A stretch of 64,000 nucleotides of DNA from Macrostomum lignano (taxonomy: Eukaryota). The translations under genes and the position numbers were made by a program. Location: positions 328,405-392,404 of the forward strand of contig NIVC01000988.1 of assembly GCA_002269645.1 (NCBI GenBank), in the 5' to 3' direction. This document shows positions 11,620 to 51,510 of this stretch, in pieces (the first letter of the stretch is position 1; every line of letters begins with the position of its first letter). The notes under the pieces were generated by a model. The model was not told where the DNA came from. It saw nothing but the letters and a program-made list of their open reading frames with translations, and did not search any database.

Positions 11620-13860
11620 TTAAGGACTCGATCGCCAAGGTAGAATAGCTACCAGAGTGAAAGCTGTGATCCTCTGATCCGAAACGGATCGAGCGAAGAC
11701 TGCCACCGCGGCCGCAGCTCGCGAAGTTGATTTCGCTGCATTTTGTAAATCAACAGAGAGCAGCGAGCCGGAAGCTCCAGTGGCTGCCAAGTAAGATGAA
11801 GATCCTGGACCGGACATCCATGTTAACTGCGTGCCCAGAGAAGAAATCGACAAGGTGAGAGCACTTAAAAAATCTTCGGCGCATATACAATAGGCTTCTA
11901 TCTACTCATGGCTGGTCCAAGAAAATTACAAAGGCTGTTGAACTCTTAAGGCGGTCACTCCAGAGCAAGTACCGCAAAATTCGATTACTGCGTTCAAAGC
12001 ATTGGCAAATTAAACAAAGAGCCAAGACCCTAAAAGATGTGATTCGAGAGTTAAGGGCCAAATGTATTTTGAATGAAGCTGCTGCATCTCGGCTGAATTT
12101 CTTGCCCTCCGATTCACTGCTTAGCAGCATTTTGCCAAGCAAGATTGCTAAGAGGACAAGAATATTCTCCCACGAAGTGCGGAAATTCGCCTCCACATTG
12201 CACTTTTACAGCCCGAAGGCCTATGCGTATGCGAGACAGTACTTTCAGCTTTCACATCCAGCTTCGCTTAGAAGATGGCTCTCGAATGCGAAATGCTTTC
12301 CAGGATTTTGTGACCAAGCCTTTCAGGAACTTTCTCGGTGACGCAGCTCCAATGATGGCCGATCCTTCGACTACTGCAACGTTGTAGCTGATGGAAATGT
12401 CACTGGAAGCGATGGTTGAGTGGAATTCAAATGAAGGCAGTTTCTTTGGCTATGTTGACAAAAAGCGATGGCAAGTCAACTGGTCAGGAGGCAACTTCAG
12501 CATTGGTAGTGATGGCAGTGGGTCTCAAGAGCTATTGGAAGCTACCTTTAGGATATTTTCTAGTGAGCGGAGTTGATGGCGAATTTCTTTCAAGTGTCGT
12601 AGAGGAATCAATCCAGCGGCTCTACCAGGTTGGCGAATTATTGCCTCGTCATTTACATGCGATGGGACTCAGCACAATATTCGAGCGATCGAGCTTCTTG
12701 GTGCCAGAATAAGCTCTCCCAATGAGATCGTTGCCTCTTTCCCACACCCCTGCGATCCCGGCATTCAGGTTTCAGCCTTCTTGGATGTGCCGCACATGCT
12801 GAAGCTGATTCGAAACCAGTGGCAGTCCCTGGGAACATTTGTTTGGCCGGACAGAGGAAATATTGATTGGAAATATGTGTGCATGTTGCAGCAAGTACAG
12901 GAGAGCCATGGACTCAGACTAGGCAATAAGCTGAGCAGGCATCACATTAACATTGCTAATTTAAAGATGAAAGTTTATTTGGCCTCACAACTTTTTAGTA
13001 AGTCGGTGGCTGACTCGTTACGATGGGTGCACAAGCAAAGCTTGGCCGGATTTAATCATTCCGATGTATTAGTGACAGCAGATTTTATTGAGCACATGAA
13101 TGATCTGTTCGATGCGTTCAACTCGAAGCGATGGTAAATTATGGGGCTAAAATGGCTCTAAGAGCTGACAACCGGCCTGACTGGATCGACTTCTCCACTG
13201 ACTCGATCCAGCTTCTCAAGAGCTTAGAAACTCCAGCTAGATTCAAAATCGTTGACACTGCAAAGAAGACAGGATTTTTAGGCTTCATCACCAATTGCCT
13301 TGCCGTTATTGCGCTTGCCAAGTATTTATTTTCAACTGGCGAATTCTTCTTTCTTTGCACTTACAAGCTGTCTCAGGATTTTCTAGAATCCATCCAGCAC
13401 TGTACTCGTATGAATGCATCTAATTGATTGTGAGATTTGCCAGTCTATTGTGTATCAATTGCCAGAGCAGTTGTGCGAAGCATGTTGAAAGTTGTCGAAT
13501 GTGCTCCGTGCAGGTCAGCTCTGACTGCCAGCTCCGAGACGCCACCAGCTTTTCGTGCCCCTTGCTCACTTGTTGCCTTGAAGAATTTTTTGAACAAGGA
13601 AGGAACTGGCGGCTCGATTTTTCCAGCAGCTATGTCTTCCTACTCAGTGCTGAGTCTGTTATTCGATGTGCCAGCTGTAACAGCCAATTCTCCAGTGACG
13701 TAGCAGTTCACGAGACTTTGCGCAAGTCGAGCAATCTGTTCCGTGAGCTTGACTCGCATTCGGCATCCGCGAGCAGCGGCATTGAGTCGCACAAGCTCCA
13801 TTTAATTCGAGTCATGACCCTGCTCTTCACAAAGATCAGAATGAAAAACTAGCTAAAGAA
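11620..13860 (+). pseudogene. Decayed P-element/THAP9-family DNA transposase
   Basis: Motifs in successive frames: FASTLHFYSPKAYAYARQYFQLSHPASLRRW; EMS..FGYVD; WKLPLGYFL; TCDG..N; DVPHMLKLIRN; KMKVYLASQLFS.SVAD; FIEHMNDLFDAFNS; KTGFLGF; TYKLSQDFLE. Several frameshifts of both signs plus in-frame stops. Candidate intron 11855-11933. Confidence 0.9.
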
Positions 13861-14603
13861 CTTTCTCGCGCAGGAAGGAGACCAGGAAGGAGGCAGAGAC
13901 TACTTCGAGCAGCAATATTTCTTAATTTATAGTATATTCGAAACCAGGTGAGCTATTTATTGACTTAACTTCTATGCTATCAGCAAAAACAAAAAGTCTC
14001 ATTTTGTCTGCAAGCGTTTTTGTACGACGGTTTTTTAGTTTTTAATAAATAAATCTAAAATAATACTGGATTTAAACTGTTAAATTGCTAGTTGCACATA
14101 AAGTTGGTTAAATGGTTAGCAATCCGTGTTCCATGGCAAAAGGCAACAATTAATACAGCGGGCCCAATGACTGAGGGGTAGGAAAGGAAGGGAAGCCAAA
14201 AATATCGATCGTGAGGGCGTGGGAGCTGGGGTGCCATTTTTCCTACTTGGAAAGAGGCACACATTTCTTGCCCCACAATGCGCAGTCTAGTTATACTTAT
14301 TGGTCTGTGAGGAATACGTCTAATTGAGACGCCATATGCTACAGGTGCCTCTTGTCTGGCCACAATGGGCAAGAAACTCTCCGAAGAGATCGCATGTCTC
14401 TGCAGTCAGCTGTCACATAACAAATCAGAAACTATCTAGCGGAAACCAAACGCCACACAGCAACAAGAATTGAGTTTCAAGCCAAGCAGAGCAAAGCAAA
14501 GCAAAACGTCGGAGCGCTGATTAAAGTCCCGGAAAATAGCGAGTAGTTGTGTGATTTCTCTGACGTCACAAACGAAATACAAATTGCCACGTTAAAGACC
14601 AGA

Positions 14604-14915
14604 AGGGAGAGGGGAAGGAGAGTGGGGAGAGGGGAGAGGAGAGACGGGAGAGGGGAGAGGGGAGAGGGGAGAGGAGAGAGGGGAGAAAGAGGAGAGAGAT
14701 GGAGAGAAGAGAGAGGAGGGAGAGGAGGGGAGAGGAGGGGAGAGGAGGGAGAGGAGAGAGAGGAGGGAGAGGAGGGAGAGGAGAGAGAGGAGGGAGAGGA
14801 GAGAGAGGAGGGAGAGGAGGGAGAGGAGGGAGAGGAGGGAGAGGTGGGGCGAGGGAGAGGTGAGGGGAGGAGAGAGAAGAGACGGGAAAGGAGAGAGTGG
14901 AGAGGGGAGAGGGGA
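14604..14915. repeat. Polypurine (GGAGA-type) low-complexity repeat
   Basis: Almost only G and A on the + strand. Confidence 0.9.
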
Positions 14916-15296
14916 GAATTTGGAAATTAGGTTTTTCCAACTCTTGTCAGAGTCTATCACACATGAAGTGCTCTGTGTTTGCACACAGACAATTTCTGCA
15001 GCACTCCCACTGTGTGAGAGTCGAGATAAAATAATCCACAGTTGCGATCAATGTGCCTCTACAGTAGCATCTGTAAAAGAAAACGTACAATACTACTTTC
15101 AGTTTTCAGCACTCTGAGTCAAAAAATGAAATGCACTTTTACTAAATATTGGAAATAAAGTTTGCTTACGTATAACTTTTGAGTCAACTGGTGCAGATGT
15201 TCCGAGGCAGTGTGCATGAAAAACCGAGGGTAAAGTATAGGACAGAGAATGTACCTGAAAGATGTAGATAGACAGGTATTCACTGTCTCTTGAATG

Positions 15297-15327
15297 TAGA
15301 TAGATAGATAGATAGATAGATAGATAT

Positions 15328-15360
<33 letters not shown>

Positions 15361-15361
15361 C

Positions 15362-15409
<48 letters not shown>

Positions 15410-15423
15410 GGATAGATAGATAA

Positions 15424-15503
<80 letters not shown>

Positions 15504-15510
15504 TAGATAG
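15297..15510. repeat. (GATA)n microsatellite
   Basis: Directly visible. Confidence 0.95.
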
Positions 15511-15708
15511 CGAGAAAGAGCGAGCGAAGCGAGCTCTTTCGAGCTTGCTTGCCGCAGCCAATCAAGCTGAATGCACGCACACAAGATCACCGGAAACGAT
15601 TAAGGCAGCTGGAAAGCCAATGGGCGCGGTAAGCGCTTTTATCCAGAGGAACTACCTGCTGGAACCAGCCTGCCGTTCGAAAATCAGACTACTCAAGTAG
15701 TGCAAAAG

Positions 15709-16041
<333 letters not shown>

Positions 16042-16592
16042 GCTAACCATTGAAACAGCACGGCAAAATCGATAATAAGGAAAGGATTGAATAAACAAAA
16101 TGGCAGACTGAAGGCGGGGAGGCTGGCATGGGCAGCAAATGCTTCATCGATTCAGCTTGACCTTCCACAACTCTCTCTCACACAGGCAGTCGAGCTGAGG
16201 GTTGATCTGAGGATCTGGGATATAGGATATGGGAGCAAACAATTGCACCTGCTCCCAGTCGTTATCTCTGTCCGCTCTCTCAGCTGCCGCAGACTCTTTT
16301 GAGCATGCCAAATATGATAGCGATTCGCTGCCATCCAATCCGACTCCGCCAATTCCGCCCACTTTGTCTCCCTTCGTCTCTTTAACCTTCTACCCCTACC
16401 CTCCACCTTTCTCTCCCCGATTCGCTCTCTCCGAGAACCGGTTCGCTCGGCAAAAAAAATGCAGAGCTCACACCGGCCCCTGGTGAGCGCGGTTGCTTAA
16501 ATTGGAAACAGTCGCAGCTTCCCTGTCTGGCAGGTTTTTATCCCTCATCTCAATTCATTTCTTTCTTGGCGAGCCTCCTTGACAATAGCATA

Positions 16593-16978
16593 GTCAAGTC
16601 AGTCAACTCAGTCAAGTCAGTCAGCTCAGTCAAATCAGTCAAGTCAGTCAACTCAGTCAACTCAGTCAAATTCATCGATAGAGAATTGCAATCTATCGCA
16701 TTAGGACTGAATTTCGACAATTGTAAGTAACTACTAAGTTGATATCAACATATTTTATCTCTCCACCTGTCTTGTCTGTCAAACGTCTTGTCTGCCAACC
16801 TGGCTTGTGTATCAACCTGTCTGTATGTCAATCTGTCATGTCTATCAACTTGTCATATCTGTCAAACTGTCTGTCTGTCAACCTGTCGTGTCTGTCAAAC
16901 TGTCTGTCTGTCAACCTGTCGTGTCTGTCAATCTGTCTGTCTGTCAACCTGTCGTGTCTGCCAACCTGTCCTGTCTGT
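16593..16978. repeat. Degenerate AGTC and TGTC-based simple repeats upstream of TRPC
   Basis: agtcaa/agtcag repeats at 16593-16668; ctgtctgtcaacctgtcgtg-type repeats at 16765-16978. Confidence 0.8.
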
Positions 16979-17088
16979 TAAGCAATAAATGCGTGCGAAA
17001 TATTGTTTTGCCGTTAAGCTTCTATATGCTCTATAAATCTGTCAAATCTCACCAACTGCCAGGATTTCAACACCGATCCAACAGCGCA

Positions 17089-44600
<27,512 letters not shown>

Positions 44601-45824
44601 TGATGTTGCAACATTTGAAAAACAATATTTTTACAGCCTAGGATACTAAAACTCGACTGACGTACATGTATACTATAGGTCGTGGAATATTGTCTGATTT
44701 GATTTTTTATGGTTTTGTATCACTCTAAGACAATGAACTTACGTACGGTATTTCGTCTGTGAAAGTAATACTAATTAATCGGTGATATTATCTGATAGTA
44801 TCTGATATTTTTATTATACAAGTTTTTCACAATGCCAGTCACAATGGCAATTAATATATACTCAACAAAATTGAAAACCACCAACCCCAGACTCAGTGCA
44901 CCTAGATGAGCATGAAGCCGTACCTGAATTCAAACACTATGCCAATGCTGATCTACGGTCGCTGTTTGCAAAGTTTCTGAGTATACATACAGTTTCGGCC
45001 ATTATTCTAGCAGTAACTGTTAATTGTGTAAAATGGCATCATCAGGACTGCTTTCCTACCTTTATTATCTGTTAACCTTTCCTAATGTAAAGTTTCTTTC
45101 AAATTAGCGTGGGAAATAAGTTTGGAATAATGCCATCTGTGCTGGGTAAAGTACATATAATGCACGGGTTTAGTATTGTTGCTTGGTTAATTAATAATTG
45201 TGTCAAATTTTTTGTTACAAAACTTATATTCTTCATAATCATAATTAGCTGTTGTTGTGTCGCTGTGTGCAGGTTGCTCGGAACTATACTGCAAGACGAA
45301 AAATTATGAGTATTTTCCTATATACATTCCAATGCAATCCAGAATCTCCATTCCAAATAAATTCAATTGCCTATCTAAATGATAGTTGCGCCTAAGGAGT
45401 AAATGGATTAGCAAGTAGTATCGTTGAATGTGCAGATATAAAATCGATATCTCTCAGCCACCTGCACCTCATGCGCGTAGAGGCCTATGCATGTATTTAT
45501 TAGCCACTGTAGCGTAGCGTGTAAAATACAAGAGCCTGTGTAGGCGGTTGAACACGCCAGATAGAGAATCGATAACCATTTAGCCACCACCCCAACACAC
45601 ACCCAGGAGTAAATAGGAATAGCCTGGCCAAAAATGTACATATATACATGTTCATAGAATTGCAGAGTGGAGCTAGCGGGGTCGACGCGGCGGGGTTAGA
45701 GTGTACATGTACATAAGAGTTTGAAAGGCCCAATTGTTAAAAAATCGATTATTGATCCACCAACACCATGCACGGACAGAAGTCCGAAATAAGAAAGCTA
45801 CAAAGTACAAACTAAACAGTTTTA

Positions 45825-45886
45825 TTGATGGGTTTCGACGTCTATGGGGTAGCTACATGTAGCTATTACATTTGATGGGTTTCGAC
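45825..45886. other. 32 nt palindrome-containing insert flanked by 15 bp direct repeats
   Basis: ttgatgggtttcgac at 45825-45839 and 45872-45886 flanks gtctatggggTAGCTACATGTAGCTAttacat. A second near-copy of the insert lies at 46312-46343. Confidence 0.7.
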
Positions 45887-47145
45887 CTTCCGGCCCCCTT
45901 GTGGGGAAGCTTTCAGGCCTCAGGTCTCAGAAATAAATCAATTAGAGTCCTGGCCCCCACTCCTGTCAGATGGTCAGCCCCATGGTAGCTTGATCTTGTG
46001 GCGAGCAGTCTAGGTCCTATAGCTAAGAGAGGGACAGCGAGAGACGAGCAGGGAGAATTTTGAAAGTAGAAATTAGCTAATCCGCAGATCAACTAACTTG
46101 CTGCCACCAGCCCGTGCGCCCTGGCTCACCACACCGGGACTCTCGAAATCGGACTTCCGACTAGAAGGGGCTTTGCACTTACCTGCCAACTAGTGTCTTT
46201 TTGCTGTCTGTCTCGAAGTCATAGCCGATGATAAGAGACACTGCTGGGACTAGATCGCATTGGCCATGCAGGTACAGAGGGGACTTGTGCAGGGGATTCT
46301 TGTAGTGGCGAGACTATGGGGTAGCTACATGTACTATTACATTGCTAAATACGAAGAATTGTACTTTTGGCCTTCGACGCGCCAACTAGCCTCTCATAGC
46401 GCTGATGATAGACTAACTCGAACTTCAGAGACCGCATGTTCATTACCCGAGCCGCTTGGCGAAACTAGAGTGCACAAAGTACACCTCTGGCGCCGATTTT
46501 GCACTATTGGCAATTTTGCTCACTGATTTGATAGATTGATCGACTGAGAACTGCCTTGCCATTGGTCCACTGTGACCGGCGCCTACTAGCTTAGCTACTC
46601 ATTTGAGCCATCGGCGAACAAAGAAATAAAACCGATAAAAATAACTGTTAGATTTAACCTTCTCCTTAGATCACTTCACACTTCAGATTGAATTGGAGTT
46701 TTAGACTACTAGCAGTATTATTGAATGACTTCTGCCTCAGCAACAGCACTACTGAACAAATTGAGCAAAAGTGTGCGCCTAATTCAGCTACTGAAACAGG
46801 GGACAGATAAGGGTTCACCCAATCAAGCAAGTCCAGGTAGCCTCTCACCCAACCAATCAGAAACTCAACAGCCGGAGACCAGAAAATCCACAGTGACCGA
46901 ATCGGCTTGATGCTTCGCAGCTGTAGACTCGGGATGATGCTGACACAATCTTCGCTGTTAGCTAGCAGGTGATGCTCTTCCCTTGATGTTCGCTGCTGAT
47001 GACCAGGGGACTCGTCCTTGATGATGAGGGGGGAAATCGCAATCCGGGGATCAAGAAACGACGGTCGGGCTCCGGGAACCAGAAATGTCGGGAAGGTTCC
47101 TCCGCGGGAGAGCCAGTTGAGGTCCGAGCGGGCCAAAAGCGCCGG

Positions 47146-47249
47146 TTTAAATAGCCGCCAACTGGACCACAGTTTGTTATAATGGAACACGTCGATTCTG
47201 ATTGGCTGAGCCGTTTTGTTAAAATGAGCGCCGAATTTTCTGATTGGCT
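47146..47249 (-). promoter_or_regulatory. Candidate Pol II core promoter (two CCAAT boxes + TATA-like), possibly LTR-derived
   Basis: Minus-strand AGCCAATCAG at 47249-47240 and 47207-47198 (42 bp apart), then TATTTAAA at 47153-47146. Confidence 0.45.
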
Positions 47250-49751
47250 GAGCTTGTTGCCACCCAGAATCACGTGACCGGGAGATCCTATCAGTTCCCA
47301 CAGGGTTGTAAAAAGATGACAGGTGCGGCCATAAATCAATCAAAATCGCAACAAAATGATTTGACTTTTCGCGTAGGATTAACAGAAATTAATGAAAAAA
47401 TATACATTAGAAAGCTCTTATTAAATAGAAAATGAAGATAATGAAGAGAAACCGCTAATCGCTAATCCCAAAGTACTTTTAGGGGTAAAACGCATAGCTG
47501 TCAAAGCTGTCACACGCTTGAGTGAACCCGAACAATAGGCTCTGACCTCATAAATCTTGATGGCCTGTCAAAATGATGAGAAAAAAGCTACCGCCCGCAT
47601 CCTCTCAGACCATCTGGCGCCCGCCTCAACACTGAGTGAGGCGCAGGTGGCTGTCAGACCAGCTTCGAAAGCGATGATTTATGATCCAAAAAGCTGCGCC
47701 TATGTTATTATGACTACTAGTATGACCAAACAGTATATCTAGTATAGATTCTATGACTATTCGCAGAAAAAGGATAAAAATGCCCATTGCCCACTGTTAG
47801 TAGGCTAGTAAGTTTAGAGCCCATGTGCTAGCGCGGGATTTGGAAAAAAGTGCGTCCTCATCAATTCGATTAAACGGACCTTCACTTGTAGCCTCTGAGA
47901 AATTTTCATCGGATTATCGCTGCGCTCTAAAGTGTTGACAGTCAGGCCGTGCTTCTCATCGCCAATCTTGTCATACTGACCGCGGTGTAATTGGCTGACT
48001 GGTCGATGTCGTGATTTGTCTGGCCAATGTCATTATTTGCGGTTTATAAATTCCACTCACTGCCATCCTCTTCAAGTAGCTCGTCCGGATTACTCATTAA
48101 AAACAAGTCAGTTAAAAACAAGTTTACGCTGACAGTGAAAATTTGCATTGAATGCATATACTGTAGAATGATTAAATTGATGCTCCAAGGATTAAATTGA
48201 ACTCCGCTATGCCAACTTGTGTCGACCATAGACAGAAAATTTTCAGTCTCGCAAGTCATATAATTCCGCGTATCTATGATTAAATTGAAAGCTTGCAGTA
48301 CCAACTAGGCTGCAAAAAGGAATATAGCCTATATATATGCGTAGTCTTTAAGGCTAAATTTGTATCTAACCGCACGGAATCAGGAATCAAACACGGATAT
48401 TTCAAGCAAATGACTTATCACTGATATATAAATTTTAACTGTTACTGTTTAGCCATGCAGTTGGCCAGTTCAAGACCGATAATAAAACGTATTTTAAGTT
48501 GGAACTAAAAAAATCGATTTAAATGTTTATAGATACAATGAAAAAAACAAAAATTAGTGAATACCTATTTTCGTGTAAGAATACTGTACCGTAAATTACA
48601 GATTCTATACGATAATTTTTTAATGTAGACAAACTCTTAAACAGCTGTTTTTACATATTGTCAATGCCTAGTTACATTTCATTTTCGAATAATTTGTTCT
48701 TCGTAATTGTCATTCAATTTTAGTTAACTATCCCTCATTTACAGGATTAGTTGGCCTGTAACAGACTCAAGAAACTAGTAAGTTCTCCGTTTTTAAGCTT
48801 TCTCCTAGCACTCACGCGAAGTACACTGTTTTGTTTGGACAGTTTTTTATTTTGTCTTAAATTTTAATAGACGAGTGAGATTGACAATATTCTTTATCAT
48901 ATCATGGACCGTAACGTTACTCAGTCTGGTAAGTTTTACTGATTATATGTAGATTGATGGTCGAATGTGTTTCAGTTATTAATATTTCTGGCACTTAAAA
49001 ACAATTCCTACGAAAAAAAGCTTCATGGATAGGATAGGGCAGGGTGGTTCCTTGACACTGTCATCTACTCGTACCATTTTTTTTGGCCAAAGTATGGATG
49101 CAAATATGAAAACCTGGATGCAACTTGCCTTGTCATTATAGACAATTGAAAGCACATTTGAAAAGCACATGATAAATAATTTATAAAACAAACTTATTAA
49201 AAGCGGAAGCTAATATTCATTGACCAATACCATTTAATAATAAGAATTAAATAAGATTACATAATCTTTATTCCTTCATTGTCGCCGAATTTGACTAGAT
49301 TGTCGCCGCATTTGCTTTCGCCGAATTTTTCCATGGTGAATCGCTGTTGCTAAATTTGTTTGTCGCCGAATTGGTCAGCACTGCAATGTCGCTATCGTCC
49401 AAGGAGAAACTATCTGACTCTCCCAAACTTACCTGAATTTTTTAAACACTCGGGTTGTTGTTACGAGCACATCAACCATTTTTGTCTTACATGTATTTCA
49501 CAGTAGAAAAAAGAACCATCTCTTCAAAAGAAAGAACTCTTTGGAACGTGAACAGAAGCAGCAAATATGGTCCAATGTGTGCCGATCAACACTGCGCCTC
49601 AGTGCGGCCTTGCCAAGCCTTCGGGTGTCAGCAGCACGTCGACCGACTGTGCGGGAAACATGAGGGTATGGCAAAAAATGCTTGTTCGGGTGTCCATAGT
49701 CTTCCGGTGCCACTCGGGGGAGTGAGTCTAGCTGAGGATGTCCAGCAGTTG

Positions 49752-50816
49752 CCCTGTGAAAAATGATCGCTAGCCTTTCGCCAGCTAAATAGTAGCGAAA
49801 TTTCGCCGGCGAAATGGTAACAGAATGTCACTACTATTCGCCAGCGAAATGCCAGCAAATTTTTCCTGTAAATCGCCGCTATTTTGCCAGGATTTAGCTA
49901 CCCTCTAATTTCTTTATGAATTCACTTTTATTGATTTGATTTGCACGAAAAGCATTTTTAATGTAATATTACTGTTGTTTGTATTGTAACTCCTGTTTAT
50001 GTGAGAAGTTAACCCCCCTAACCCCCTTTCTTCAGCCGAAAATAAGCTTTGAAGTATAATAAAACTGCGGCTGCGGTTTGCGCTAGGCTTGCCTTGAGCA
50101 AACCGGCTTTAGTGCCCAAGCGCGCTGCGTCTGTGGTGCGCCCCCCCGCCGCGTGTGTACGTTCTGTGTTGTTTAGGTGGGCGCCCACCCCTCCGCCGGC
50201 GGGGGGGGGGTATTTTACTCCAGCCGCGCTGCTGAGTTGGCAGTGTTTTCGCGCAGTTCTCGCAGGCCTCGTTACTGCTTTCGCTTTCGCCAACATCGGG
50301 TATTCGTGTTTTGCTTTGGGGCACTAATGTTAGATTTAGAAATATCATATGTCAATGTTTTGAAAAAAGAAATATATTAATATACTGCATTATATATTGT
50401 ACGAGCTAAACAAAGAAAAATGAAAAAAATGCTGTCATGTGCCAAATTGGCACCAACCTGGAGCTGGAGGGCTGCATGATATTTAAGTTAGTTTTGGGCC
50501 ATTACCAAGCAATGGTTTTGTATGCACTGCATTAAACTGGAACTCAATAAAATGATAGGCAACATGCAATAAGTTAAAATTTTTACATTATGTGCAGAAA
50601 ATTCATGAATTAAAACTTATAAAATGCCGTATAACTTTATACAATTCTTCATATTTTATTATTCTTGAGTGTTTTTGTCCTCAGCATTATTGGCACTGGT
50701 CTTGTTGTCACTTGATTTAATGGCCATGCAGGAAGCCTGGCGAAATTTTTGATTTCGCTGTCTGCGCTACCAAGCTAGTGTTTCGCCGGCGTTTCGCCAG
50801 CTCATTTTTCACAGGG
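49752..50816. mobile_element. 1065 bp non-autonomous DNA transposon, CMC/EnSpm-like
   Basis: Perfect 15 bp TIR CCCTGTGAAAAATGA (49752-49766 and 50802-50816), 2 bp TSD (TG), and many subterminal ttcgcc(a/g)g / ggcgaaa repeats. Confidence 0.8.
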
Positions 50817-51510
50817 TGAGGTTTGCTCACTGTCGAGGCTTGATCAGCGAAACTAGAGAAATTCGCGATCAGGTGTTCATAGTCCACTGGTGCCACATGT
50901 TGAATGTCCAGAAGCTCCGCCTGGGTGAATGTCAGTGACCAACGAAGTCAGAGCTGATGCAGACACATGTGGTCGACGTGCTACTGAAATTTGAGGGCTT
51001 GGCGAGGCCGCACTGAGGCATAGTGCTGATTGGCGCACAGGGGTGTACTGAATACACTGGCGCGGATGGGAAAAATCTGACAGAATCGTTGAATATCTCG
51101 ACAGTCCAGAGGGCTGGCGACTTGATTCTTGTTTGAGAAGGTGTGGAAAAAAATGTTAGCTCGGGTTCTTGAATTTCGCGTGACTGCGTTGCCATACATA
51201 CGCAACCTCCAAATTCAGTCGGCCGTGCAACCTAGTTTTAAGCAAGAAATGCGACTTATTTTTAAACCAAAAATGCAACTTACTTGGGGTCGCGACAGTA
51301 AAGGACTTTTTTTGGGGGAGGGATCGTGACAAAAATGATCCTTTTTTGAGGTCCCGTTAAAAACAGCCTTCTGTTGTTTTGTTTTAATGTAAGTACATTA
51401 ATACAATTCTAACTTTCCTTCTTTCTTTTCCATTTTTCTATACCTTACACTTTAACCTCAGGTGTCCTCAGGACTTCGCTTCCTGATTGGCTCCTTGCTA
51501 CCGACGAGGA

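Noticed and set aside
14088-14480. Possible second THAP-like zinc finger on the minus strand (SCCCVAFG..W..IRR)
   Set aside because: Needs several frameshifts and stops, and the C-terminal C..HF motif is not convincing.
46085-46135. PBS-like TGGTG.. motifs on the minus strand suggesting an LTR retrotransposon
   Set aside because: No paired LTR, no TG..CA boundary and no gag/pol ORF; tRNA complementarity cannot be verified here.
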